Below, piece by piece: positions 9,652 through 18,301 of a stretch of 62,203 nt of DNA. A program made the position numbers and the translations under genes. Source of the stretch: a bacterium (GTDB lineage Bacteria; Verrucomicrobiota; Verrucomicrobiia; Limisphaerales; JAJXZI01); NCBI GenBank assembly GCA_021780115.1, contig JAJXZI010000031.1, positions 1-62,203 on the forward strand. The letters run 5' to 3'. How positions within the stretch are numbered: position 1 is the stretch's first letter; each line of letters starts with the position of its first letter. The notes beneath the pieces are model-generated. The model was not told the DNA's origin and made no database searches. It worked only from the letters and a program-made list of their open reading frames with translations.

Positions 9652-9707
9652 CGGGCGCAAGGTTGGAAATCACGCGCGTCCTCAAAACCATTCACAACTC
9701 ACGAAAC

Positions 9708-10733
9708 ATGAACCCGCAACCCGATCTCAGCCGCCGGCAATTCCTCCGCACCACGGCGCTCGCGACGGCGGCGCTGCCGTGGATGACGGCCGCCGCGCCC
9801 GGTCCCGCCCGCGCCCCAGGCCGCCCCAAGGTCGGCTGCCTGAGCTGGTGTTTCCACGACCTGTCGCCCGCCGCCGATCCGGAGCCGGCCATCGACATCA
9901 TCGGCGGCCTCGGCTTCGACGGCATCGAGTTAATCGCGACGGCGCGGAGAGACCTCAAAGACTTTTGGACCGACGCCCGGATTGACCGGCTTAAACAGAA
10001 ACTGGACCGATACGGACTGCGCGTCTCGCAATTCGTCGTTTTCCAACCGGTGGTCGAAGACCTGTCGAGCACCCGGCCCGACGAGCGGCAGCAGGCGCTG
10101 GATTATTTCGCGGCCGGCTGCCGGATCGCGCGCCGGCTCGACGCGCCCATCATCAACATCGTGGCGCCGTGGGCCCGGGAGTTGAAGGGACCGGGCGACT
10201 ACCTCCCGCGTTACTACGAGATCACCCAGCCGAAGCCGGGCGAGAAATTCCACATCGACATCGCGGACGGCTTCGATTGGGAACAGGTGTGGAACGCGTA
10301 CGTGGAAACCACGAAGGACTGCCTGGCACGGGCCAAAGCGCACGGCCTGCGGTTCACCATCGAGCAGCACACGCACACCCTGGTGCCGGAGGCCGCGTCG
10401 TTTCTCCGGCTGTGGGACGCGATTCGCGATCCCGCTCTCGGCTACAATCTGGACGCCGGCTGGACGCAGTTGCAGCGCGAATATCCGCCGGTGGCGGTCC
10501 ACAAGGCCGGCCGGCACCTGATGAACCTGCACCTGCGGGACATCGACGGGCGGATGCGGCGCTTTCCACCCATCGGGGACGGCGTGATGGACTTCCAGGC
10601 AATCGTCGTGGCGCTCAAAAACGTCGGCTTCGACGGCTTTGCCTCGCTGGAGCAGGACAAAAATCCCGGCGACCGCGACATGAAGGATACCTGCCGGCGG
10701 TATCTGCGGATGATGAGAGAGTATCTCGGGTGA
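9708..10733 (+). CDS. TAT-exported sugar phosphate isomerase/epimerase (xylose isomerase-like TIM barrel)
   Basis: ATG at 9708 gives MNPQPDLSRRQFLRTTALATAALPW, a twin-arginine signal. The body matches the AP_endonuc_2/xylose-isomerase-like fold (GFDGIEL..., FTIEQHTH, NLHLRDIDG, ASLEQD). Confidence 0.8.
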   Translation: MNPQPDLSRRQFLRTTALATAALPWMTAAAPGPARAPGRPKVGCLSWCFHDLSPAADPEPAIDIIGGLGFDGIELIATARRDLKDFWTDARIDRLKQKLDRYGLRVSQFVVFQPVVEDLSSTRPDERQQALDYFAAGCRIARRLDAPIINIVAPWARELKGPGDYLPRYYEITQPKPGEKFHIDIADGFDWEQVWNAYVETTKDCLARAKAHGLRFTIEQHTHTLVPEAASFLRLWDAIRDPALGYNLDAGWTQLQREYPPVAVHKAGRHLMNLHLRDIDGRMRRFPPIGDGVMDFQAIVVALKNVGFDGFASLEQDKNPGDRDMKDTCRRYLRMMREYLG

Positions 10734-10969
10734 CGGCCCACGGGGGAAACCCCGCAACGGTGACGAGGTGGGCAGGGGGCGAAGATTTGCAGGGAAGCGC
10801 CGGCGCGCGTCGGCATCCGCCAGCCAACGCTGTTTCCCTCGGCGGGTTGGAGTTCCGGGCCGGGGAGCAGGCAGGCGTCGGCTCCGCGGTTCAAGTCGCT
10901 TCGCCCCGCCCGCCCGCCGCTTATTGGAATTGCTAAGCGGCCTGGCCTTTGGCACTCAAGAGCGCGGAT

Positions 10970-12607
10970 ATGCGAAGCAAACTGATTGGGTTGCTGGCGT
11001 TGAGTCTGGCCGTCGGCGCGGGCTGTGAGGAACAGGACCGCGCGGCCCAACCGCCGTCCGCGCCACCGTCCGCCGAGTCGCTGGTCCGGTTTCACTTTCT
11101 CGGGACGCGCCAGTTGGCGAAGGATCCCGACGCCGCTCCGTGGATGAAGATGGGGACGCTGCCGGCCACGCAGACGCTCAAGCAGCAGACGCTCCGCAAG
11201 CTCGCCCAGGCCCCCTTCCAGTTGCTCCAGCACCGCCTCGCCGGCACGACGAACGATTACGCGCCCGTCTTCCAGGAACTGTTCGGCGACCTGCTGCCGG
11301 CCGAGTCCGTGGTGGAAATCACCGGTGACACCAACCGCTTCGCGGAATGGGAACTGGCCGTGCGGCTGCCCGAGGCGCGCGCCGCTTTTTGGAAGACGAA
11401 CCTCCAGGCGGTGGTGGAGGCCTGGACCGGGCACCGGGCCGAGCCGCTGCACACAGCGGAAGGCGACGGCTGGGAGTTGAAGACCGGCCCGACGCCCGGC
11501 GTCGTCCGCTGGATGCGCTGGGGCGCGTGGACGGTCGTCGGTTGCGGCCCGGAGCGGCTTCCCCTGCAGGCGGAATGGCTTCAGCGGATCATGCAGCACG
11601 GCCATCCGGCCCTGGAGCATGGCAGTCCGATCCGCGCAGCGGATCCCTGGTTGGACGCGTGGGTGGACGCGCCCCGCTTGCCCGCGATTCCGGGCTGTCC
11701 CCTGCCGGCGGAACTGCCCGCCCTGCACTTGACGCTCACGGGCCGCGCGGAGAACTTGCGGACGAAGATTGATTTCCTCTGCCACGAGGCGATCCGCTGG
11801 ACCGCGCAGCCCTGGCAGGTGCCCACCAACCTGGTCCGGGAGCCGCTCATCAGCTTCACCGCGCTGCAGGGCTTCGGTCCGGAACTGCAGAAGCATCCGG
11901 CGGCGTTCGGCGTGCCGCTGGATCCGGCGCCGGACCAGTTGTTCCTCTGGGCGTGCGCGAACAACCCGTACCAGAGCTTCGCGGCCGTGCCGGTCGTGGA
12001 CGCCACCAATCAGGCGCGCGCCCTCGGGGAGCGATGGCTGGCGCGGTTCAGCCCGGTCCTCCAGCGGCAAAGCGCGGGAACGCTGCGAATGGAGACCAAC
12101 GCCGGCGCGCTTTTTTGGCAGAGCGCGCCGTTCGTGGCGCCCACCCTCCAGCCAGTGCGCGATGCCGGCGCCGCGTTCCTCTTCGGCAGCCTGTTTGCCA
12201 ACACTCCGGCGACCAACCCGCCGCCGCGCGAATTGCTCGGGCAGATCCTCGGCCGCACCAACCTGGTTTATTACGACTGGGAAATCACCCAGGAGCGGCT
12301 GCGGGATTGGCGCAACCTTGCCGACCTGTACCAACTGGTGTTTGAGAAACGGCGGCTGTCTCCCAAGAGCGCCAGCGCCCTCTGGCTCAACGCCGTCTCG
12401 GCCAGCCTCGGCAACACGATCACCGAGGTGACGGTGGCGGACGCGCACCGCCTGACGCTCGTCCGCAAATCGCCGGTGGGTCTGACGGGCTTTGAGCTAC
12501 TCTGCCTGGCAAACTGGCTTGAATCGCCGGGCTTCCCGCTCAACGGTTACTCGCTGCCGCCGACCGGGACCGGCGGAAAGACATCCACCTCCGCTCGGAA
12601 ACCGTGA
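10970..12607 (+). CDS. Hypothetical lipoprotein
   Basis: ATG at 10970 gives MRSKLIGLLALSLAVGAGCEEQ, a lipobox L-x-x-C. Amino-acid composition is normal (W/F/N/Q-rich) compared with the Arg/Gly/Pro-rich antisense ORF 10442..12448. I recognise no family. Confidence 0.6.
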   Translation: MRSKLIGLLALSLAVGAGCEEQDRAAQPPSAPPSAESLVRFHFLGTRQLAKDPDAAPWMKMGTLPATQTLKQQTLRKLAQAPFQLLQHRLAGTTNDYAPVFQELFGDLLPAESVVEITGDTNRFAEWELAVRLPEARAAFWKTNLQAVVEAWTGHRAEPLHTAEGDGWELKTGPTPGVVRWMRWGAWTVVGCGPERLPLQAEWLQRIMQHGHPALEHGSPIRAADPWLDAWVDAPRLPAIPGCPLPAELPALHLTLTGRAENLRTKIDFLCHEAIRWTAQPWQVPTNLVREPLISFTALQGFGPELQKHPAAFGVPLDPAPDQLFLWACANNPYQSFAAVPVVDATNQARALGERWLARFSPVLQRQSAGTLRMETNAGALFWQSAPFVAPTLQPVRDAGAAFLFGSLFANTPATNPPPRELLGQILGRTNLVYYDWEITQERLRDWRNLADLYQLVFEKRRLSPKSASALWLNAVSASLGNTITEVTVADAHRLTLVRKSPVGLTGFELLCLANWLESPGFPLNGYSLPPTGTGGKTSTSARKP

Positions 12608-12667
12608 GCCCGAGCACGCCGCGGACGGCGGACGGCGCGCGAACAAACGCCCCAGGCCAGCGACTCC

Positions 12668-13744
12668 ATGCCTGACCCGATTCCCAAGACGATGCGCGCG
12701 GTGGTCTATCGCGGCATCAACGACCTGCGCCTCGAAACCGTGCCCGTCCCGCGCGTCGGCTCCGGAGAGTTGCTGGTGAAAGTGGCCGTCTGCGGGGTGT
12801 GCCCCACGGACATCAAAAAAATCCAGTACGGCACCGTGCCGCCGCCGCGCATTTTCGGGCACGAAACCGCCGGCACCGTCGTCCGGCTCGGCGCGCGGGT
12901 GCGCGGCTTCCGCCTCGGAGACCGGGTGGCGTTGCACCATCACGTGCCGTGTCAGCAATGCCATTTCTGCCGCCACCGCGCGTTCGCGCAATGCCCGCAA
13001 TACAAGCGCACCGGCATCACCGCCGGCTTCGAGCCCGCCGGCGGCGGCTATGCGGAATATGTCCGCGTGATGGCTTTCGTCCTGCCGGGCGTCGTCCGCA
13101 TTCCAGCGGGCAACTCGTTCGAGGAAGGGGCGCTGCTCGAGCCGGTCAACACCATCCTCAAGGCCGTCAACCGGCTGGCGCTCGTGCGCGGAGACACGGT
13201 GTGGGTGGCGGGGCAGGGACCGGTCGGCCTGCTGTTCACGCGCCTGCTCGCCCAGCGTGGCGCCCGCGTGCTGGCCAGTGATCTGCTGCCGCCGCGCCTC
13301 CGGCTGGCCCGCCAATTCGGCGCGCGGTGGGCCGTGGACGCCAACCGCTCAGACTTCGCGGACGCAGTCCAGCGGCTGACCACGGGGCGGGGTCTGGACG
13401 CCGCGGTGATCGCGGTGCCCTCGGACGCAGTCGTGCGCGAGGCGCAGGCGCTGGTCCGCGGCGCCGGCCAGATCCTCCTCTTCGCCCACACGCGCCGCGG
13501 CGCACCGACTGCGGTGGACCTGGCCGGCGTCTGCGTGGATGAGAAGGACCTTCTGGGCAGCTACTCGGCCGACTTCACCCTCCAGCAGGAAGTGGCGCGG
13601 CGGGTCTTCTCGCGCCGGCTGGACGTGCGACCGCTGATCACCGACCGCTTCCCGCTGGAGCAGACCCCGGCCGCGGTGGAACTGGCGGCGCATCCCGCGC
13701 CCGGCTCGCTCAAGGTCCTCGTGACGCAAGTGCCCGCCGGCTGA
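12668..13744 (+). CDS. Zinc-dependent medium-chain dehydrogenase/reductase (alcohol/threonine/sorbitol dehydrogenase family)
   Basis: The protein contains VAVCGVCPTDIKK and GHETAGTVV zinc ligands, the structural zinc cluster CQQCHFCRHRAFAQC, and the Rossmann motif VWVAGQGPVGLL. Confidence 0.85.
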   Translation: MPDPIPKTMRAVVYRGINDLRLETVPVPRVGSGELLVKVAVCGVCPTDIKKIQYGTVPPPRIFGHETAGTVVRLGARVRGFRLGDRVALHHHVPCQQCHFCRHRAFAQCPQYKRTGITAGFEPAGGGYAEYVRVMAFVLPGVVRIPAGNSFEEGALLEPVNTILKAVNRLALVRGDTVWVAGQGPVGLLFTRLLAQRGARVLASDLLPPRLRLARQFGARWAVDANRSDFADAVQRLTTGRGLDAAVIAVPSDAVVREAQALVRGAGQILLFAHTRRGAPTAVDLAGVCVDEKDLLGSYSADFTLQQEVARRVFSRRLDVRPLITDRFPLEQTPAAVELAAHPAPGSLKVLVTQVPAG

Positions 13745-13767
13745 CGCGCGCCGCCAGGAGTCGCGAT

Positions 13768-15975
13768 TCAATGGGTCAACCGTGAGATCATCGCGTAGGC
13801 GATCAGGAGCAGGAGGATGACGCCGACGCCGAAGAACAGGTAGCCAAACGAGCGGGCGATGCCTTTCCAGCGCTCCCATTCGTCGCGCACGCGGAACTGA
13901 TCGAGTTGGCCGGCGGCGGCAACACGATCGTACCAGCGGCGGCGTTCGTGGAGCAGTTCGGACTTCGAGACCCGGCCGGAAAAAATCACGGTGTCCATCG
14001 GGAATTTCTCGAGCCGGAAGTGGGTGTTGAAGAAATGCACGGTGAAGATAAAGCCGGCGGCCAGCAGCGCCTCGTCCGAATGCACGATCAGGGCGATGTT
14101 GATGATCCAGCCCGGCAGGAAGCGGGTGAAGAACTGCGGGAACCACATGATCAGCCCGGACAGGCCAATGATGAAGACCCCCCAGAACACGGCGAAGTAG
14201 TCGAATTTTTCCCAGTAGGTCCAGCGGTCGAACTGCGGCTTCGGCCCCTTGCCAAAGAACCATTTCTGGTGGGCCACGAAGTCCTTCCAGTCCTGCACGG
14301 TGGGAATCATCGAGTCCGGTCCGAAGAGCACGTCCCGGATCCGCCTAACACTGAGCCGGCCGGAGGCGGGGTCGCGGAGCTGGTGGCGCCGCTGCCAGGT
14401 CAGGACGCCGACGGAGCCCAGGTGCAAGGCGAAGTAGAGCAAGGTCACGACGGCCCCGAAGTGGTGGAGCGTACGCGCGACCTGGGTGCCGCCCAGCAGG
14501 CCGAACAGAAACTTCGCCCAGTCGGTATAATAGAACTTGAGCGGCATGCCGGTGATGACCAGCAGCAGGAAACTGGTGACCACCAGGATGTGGAGGAACC
14601 GCTCGTAAGGGCTGAACCGCGTGAACCACTCGTCGCCCCGTTGCGTGCCGATCTTGGCCTCGCGGAATTTCCGGGAGTCGTGCAGGTAGAGGTACCCGGA
14701 GCGGAACAGCCAGAAAAAGGTGTGTCCGCCGAAGAAGGTGAAGACGCCCACCAGCAACGCGGTCATGCCCACAAACGTCCAGTAGAAGGCCGGGGAGTGC
14801 TCGCGATCCAGCGGGTCGGCGTGGGGATCGTATTCGGTGAAACTGGCGTTGGCGCCCGCATGGCACTTGCGACAGGTTGCCACGATGTTCTGCTTGGATA
14901 GGTGGGAACGCGGATCTGAGAGCGGCAGGATGTCGTGATACCCGTGGCAGTCGTAGCAGGCGGCCACCTCCGGGGCCACGTTGGGCTGGCCCAGCTTCAT
15001 CGCCTTGCCGTGGTAGGTTTCCTCGTAATGCGCCAGGCGATCCCGATGGCACTCGCCGCACCGCTGGTCGCTGATCTCCTTGAAGTGGTTGCCCTCCGGG
15101 TTTGCGATCTGGTGGGCGGTGTGGCAATCGGTGCAGACCGGCGCGCGGAGGTCGCCCTTGGCGCTCAACTGGCCGTGAACGCTTTGGTCGTAGGTCTTCT
15201 CGACGCCGAGATGGCATTTGCCGCAGGTCTTGGCGACGTTGGCGCGGTTGATCGGCGAACTCGGATAGACGCTGCGCTTGATGTCATGCACGCCGTGGCA
15301 GTCGTTGCACGACGGCGCGACGATCAAACCCATCTTCAGCAGTCCGCGGCCATGAATACTGTCCAGATACTGCGCGGCGGCCAGCGGGTACTTGATCTCG
15401 TAGGTCTTCGTCAGACCGGGATTGCTGTGGCACTTGGCACACGTCGCCGGGAGATTCAGTTTGAAGACCGGAGACTCCAGGCTCTTCACCGGCACCATGT
15501 AGTGGGAGCCGTGGCAGTCACTGCACGCGGCCGCGGCGGACGCGCCCTGCCTCCGACTGAGGCCGTGAACGCTCGTGGCGTACGCCTGGGCGGCCGTCTC
15601 GTGGCCGGGCTGGGCCGGGTGACAATTAACGCACCCGACGGGCTTGGCCGGAAGGTTGTCATCCGGATGGCTGGACGTGAGGTCGCTGTGGCAACTGACG
15701 CAGGCGTTGGACGCGTGGACGGAAGCCGCGAACCGCTTGGTGTCGAGGAACAGCGGGATCACCTTGCCCTGGGCGTTGGTCTTGGTGAGCGTCTGATCCT
15801 CGTGGCAGAGGAGGCAGTCGGAATTTTTGATGTCTTCGGCAAGCAGACCCGCGGCGGCGACCACCAAGCAGAAAACAGAAAGGCCGATCCGCGTCACGCC
15901 GCCCGAGACGGAGCACGTCACGGCCGATCGCCGTTGTGGCCGCCGGGATTCAGGGTTGGTCCCGATGGTGATCAT
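13768..15975 (-). CDS. Fusion of an 11-haem periplasmic cytochrome c domain to a multi-TM cytochrome b (FdnI/HydC-type) domain; CbcL-like architecture
   Basis: I prefer the ATG at 15975, which overlaps the upstream stop as ATGA. A signal anchor is followed by 11 CXXCH motifs (CLLCH, CVSCH, CVNCH, CSDCH, CAKCH, CNDCH, CGKCH, CTDCH, CGECH, CYDCH, CRKCH). The C-terminal part is a hydrophobic domain with cytochrome-b-like His-bearing helices (RFSPYERFLHILVVTSF, TLHHFGAVV, IVHSDEALLAAGFIFTVHFFNTH). Confidence 0.85.
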   Translation of the reverse strand: MITIGTNPESRRPQRRSAVTCSVSGGVTRIGLSVFCLVVAAAGLLAEDIKNSDCLLCHEDQTLTKTNAQGKVIPLFLDTKRFAASVHASNACVSCHSDLTSSHPDDNLPAKPVGCVNCHPAQPGHETAAQAYATSVHGLSRRQGASAAAACSDCHGSHYMVPVKSLESPVFKLNLPATCAKCHSNPGLTKTYEIKYPLAAAQYLDSIHGRGLLKMGLIVAPSCNDCHGVHDIKRSVYPSSPINRANVAKTCGKCHLGVEKTYDQSVHGQLSAKGDLRAPVCTDCHTAHQIANPEGNHFKEISDQRCGECHRDRLAHYEETYHGKAMKLGQPNVAPEVAACYDCHGYHDILPLSDPRSHLSKQNIVATCRKCHAGANASFTEYDPHADPLDREHSPAFYWTFVGMTALLVGVFTFFGGHTFFWLFRSGYLYLHDSRKFREAKIGTQRGDEWFTRFSPYERFLHILVVTSFLLLVITGMPLKFYYTDWAKFLFGLLGGTQVARTLHHFGAVVTLLYFALHLGSVGVLTWQRRHQLRDPASGRLSVRRIRDVLFGPDSMIPTVQDWKDFVAHQKWFFGKGPKPQFDRWTYWEKFDYFAVFWGVFIIGLSGLIMWFPQFFTRFLPGWIINIALIVHSDEALLAAGFIFTVHFFNTHFRLEKFPMDTVIFSGRVSKSELLHERRRWYDRVAAAGQLDQFRVRDEWERWKGIARSFGYLFFGVGVILLLLIAYAMISRLTH

Positions 15976-17456
15976 TGCTGGTCGGCGCTGTGGCAGTCCG
16001 TGCAACTCGGGTCGTAGTCGCCGCCCGGATGTTTGAACTCCTGGCCGCCCGAAGTCAGCTTGAGCAGATCCGCGCCGGCGCCCTGTGCCAGGATGGTGTG
16101 GCAGGTGTTGCAGTCACTGGCTTTGATCGAGCGTTTGCTGTCGGCGGCGACGTGCTTGCCGTCGTGGCAGCGGAAACAGCCGGGCCAGTTCTTATGGCCG
16201 ATGTTGTCGGGATAGACCTTCCAACTCGCCTTCATCTCCGGAAAGAAATTGTCCCGGTAAATGGTCTGCACCGCCGCGATCGCCTGTTTGAGGCGCGGGG
16301 TGTCGCGCTCGCTGGGATAGCGATTGGCCAGGGTGGTCGCGATGCCCTCGGTCGCTTCGGTTTCGTTCTGGTACTCGCGCGTCAGCACGTACACCGCGTT
16401 CGTCTTGATCCACGGCAGGGTGCGGTCGATTGCATTGAGGCTGATCGCGAGGTTCACCGCGTCACTGGGGGTTTTATACATGTGGGCCGGGCGGTTGTGG
16501 CAATCCATGCAGTCCATGCGACGCACCTGGTCGGGGCTGATCTCGTTGGTGAAATTCTTCGTGCGGAACTCGGTGACGACGCCCTGCGGATCCACGATGC
16601 GAACCCAGGGAATCTTCTGCCGCGCCTCGTCGGTGGCGAGGTACTCGACCCTGTTCTTGACGTTCATGTGCCAGTGAATGCCACCTTCCGGCCCGTGGGT
16701 CGGGTCGGCGCCGCCGACGTTCATCAGCAGGCTCAAGGTGTAGGGCGAATTGGTTGCGTCGCCGAGGAAGTAGTTGAAAGTGCGCTCGAGCTTGCCGACG
16801 AACTTCTTCGGCCAGTGGCATTGCTCGCAGGTTTCCTGGGCGGGGCGCAGGTTCTTGATCGGCGTCGGCACTGGACGCGGATACTTGTCGAAGGTGGTCG
16901 CGTAGAGCTGGTAGGTGCCGGAAAGCTTGGAACGGACGAACCACGTGGCGCCCTTGCCGATGTGGCATTCGGTGCAGGACACCCGGGCGTGCGGACCGTG
17001 CTCATAGGTAACCAGTTCTGGTTTCATGACCGTATGGCAGGTCTGGCCGCAGAATTGGACCGATTCGGAAAAGTGGTAAGTATGGTAACTGCCCATCGCC
17101 GTCAGCAGCAGGAACACCAGGCTGCCGGTGATGAAGACACCCATGATGCGCCGGTCGCGCGGCCGGGACAGGTCCACGACCATCAGGGGAATCGCCCCCC
17201 GGGCCTGGCCCAGCTTACGGCGCTCGCGCAGCGCGCCGATAAACGTCAACCCCAAGCCGAGGATCAGGAAGCCGGGCGCGACAAGGTAAGTCAGAATGCC
17301 GATGTACGGATTGGAGAAGGTCGCCAGCGCATCCAGCAGGAACAGCAGGAAGAACGAGAACAGGCTGCCAATACCAATTACCAACCCGGTCAAGCTGAGC
17401 CAGTTGCGCAGCAGCGACGGGCGCGGGGCGGAGGGCATGGACTTTTCTGCGTTCAT
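15972..17456 (-). CDS. Inner-membrane 3-TM, 7-haem c-type cytochrome (NapC/NirT-related; ImcH-like architecture)
   Basis: Three N-terminal TM helices are followed by the haem motifs CGQTCH (CX3CH), CTECH, CEQCH, CMDCH, CFRCH, CNTCH and CTDCH. The ATG at 17456 is preferred over the TTG at 17474. The stop overlaps the start of the downstream gene (ATGA at 15972-15975). Confidence 0.85.
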   Translation of the reverse strand: MNAEKSMPSAPRPSLLRNWLSLTGLVIGIGSLFSFFLLFLLDALATFSNPYIGILTYLVAPGFLILGLGLTFIGALRERRKLGQARGAIPLMVVDLSRPRDRRIMGVFITGSLVFLLLTAMGSYHTYHFSESVQFCGQTCHTVMKPELVTYEHGPHARVSCTECHIGKGATWFVRSKLSGTYQLYATTFDKYPRPVPTPIKNLRPAQETCEQCHWPKKFVGKLERTFNYFLGDATNSPYTLSLLMNVGGADPTHGPEGGIHWHMNVKNRVEYLATDEARQKIPWVRIVDPQGVVTEFRTKNFTNEISPDQVRRMDCMDCHNRPAHMYKTPSDAVNLAISLNAIDRTLPWIKTNAVYVLTREYQNETEATEGIATTLANRYPSERDTPRLKQAIAAVQTIYRDNFFPEMKASWKVYPDNIGHKNWPGCFRCHDGKHVAADSKRSIKASDCNTCHTILAQGAGADLLKLTSGGQEFKHPGGDYDPSCTDCHSADQQ

Positions 17457-17612
17457 AGTGGCGCTTCGGTGCAACTTCGGGAAAGACCCGACCTTCGGCA
17501 GTCCTCTGACAAGCTCTGGCCGTCAGCGAACCGCAGGCGGAAAGTCCCCCACCGCGAATCCGGCTTCGGCGTCTCCGAAACCGATTCCCGAACCGTGAGG
17601 GTCGGAAGGCCA

Positions 17613-17632
17613 GGAAGCAGGTGGCTGCTTCC
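17613..17632 (-). terminator. Perfect 8-bp GC-rich hairpin between the small cytochrome-like gene and the 7-haem gene
   Basis: ggaagcag-gtgg-ctgcttcc lies 12 nt downstream of the 17644 stop. There is no clear U-tract, so it could be a terminator, an attenuator or a processing site. Confidence 0.3.
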
Positions 17633-17643
17633 CGAACAAGCGG

Positions 17644-17958
17644 TTACTTCTTGAAGGACCGCATGTACGCCACCAGCGCCTTGATGTCGTCGGCGCTCAG
17701 GTCTTCGACGGGCTTCATCAAGGTCTTGCCTTCCTTGTCTTTGAAGCCTTCCTTGACCGCCTTGATCGCGTCGTCGTCCTTCAGGGCGTCCTGAACTTTC
17801 GGATCCGTGTAATCCTTGGCCCCGAGGCGTTTGCCCATCGTGGTCTCGCCCTTCCCATTGGCGCAACTCTTTTCGTAGAGCGCTTTGCCATCGGCCGCGT
17901 GGGCGGATCCGACCGCAAGCGCGGAAAGCACAACAGTGAGCGTGAGCAGTTTTTTCAT
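17644..17958 (-). CDS. Small secreted class-I cytochrome-c-like protein lacking a CXXCH haem-attachment motif
   Basis: The signal peptide is MKKLLTLTVVLSALAVGSAHA. The body resembles small PVC cytochromes c (GKALYEKSC....GK..TTMGK.LGAKDYTD.KVQ.ALKD...KA.KEG.....K..MK......LS.DDIKALVAYMRSFKK). At the expected haem site the protein reads SCANGKGE, with no second Cys-His. Confidence 0.7.
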   Translation of the reverse strand: MKKLLTLTVVLSALAVGSAHAADGKALYEKSCANGKGETTMGKRLGAKDYTDPKVQDALKDDDAIKAVKEGFKDKEGKTLMKPVEDLSADDIKALVAYMRSFKK

Positions 17959-18301
17959 ATAGGTGCCTGAGTCAGTTTGTCATTGATTGAATCCATGGCC
18001 GTCGTTCGTTCAGTCCTCGAACCAGTGCGTTCACGGTTCCTCCATCCCAAAACCCGGCGCCCCAACGGCCCGAGCGTATTCAAATATCTGAATGAACAAA
18101 CAGCAGCATATTCAACGACTCAAGTTTAAGGCATTGTCCCGTGTCAGCTTTTCCGATCTTGGCAAAGGCGCAACATTTCTTGACGGCATGAGTGAACAGG
18201 CCGGAAGCCGCGAGGCGGGGAGGCGATCGCAAAGCCGAAGTGTAACCGATGTGCGCTCACCGCGCCCCTTCCCTTCCGCCCGGCAGGTGGAACGCGCTGC
18301 C

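Noticed and set aside
7330-9660. 776-aa minus-strand ORF, and similar giants: 3261..5423(+), 10442..12448(-), 15975..17654(+), 19984..21939(+), 45688..47919(-), 47502..49973(+), 51328..53151(-), 53588..55414(-), 58637..60085(-)
   Set aside because: All are shadows of recognisable genes on the opposite strand or in another frame. Their translations are Arg/Gly/Pro/Ala-dominated with no motifs, as expected for stop-poor off-frames in very GC-rich DNA. The chosen frames carry clear family signatures or normal composition.
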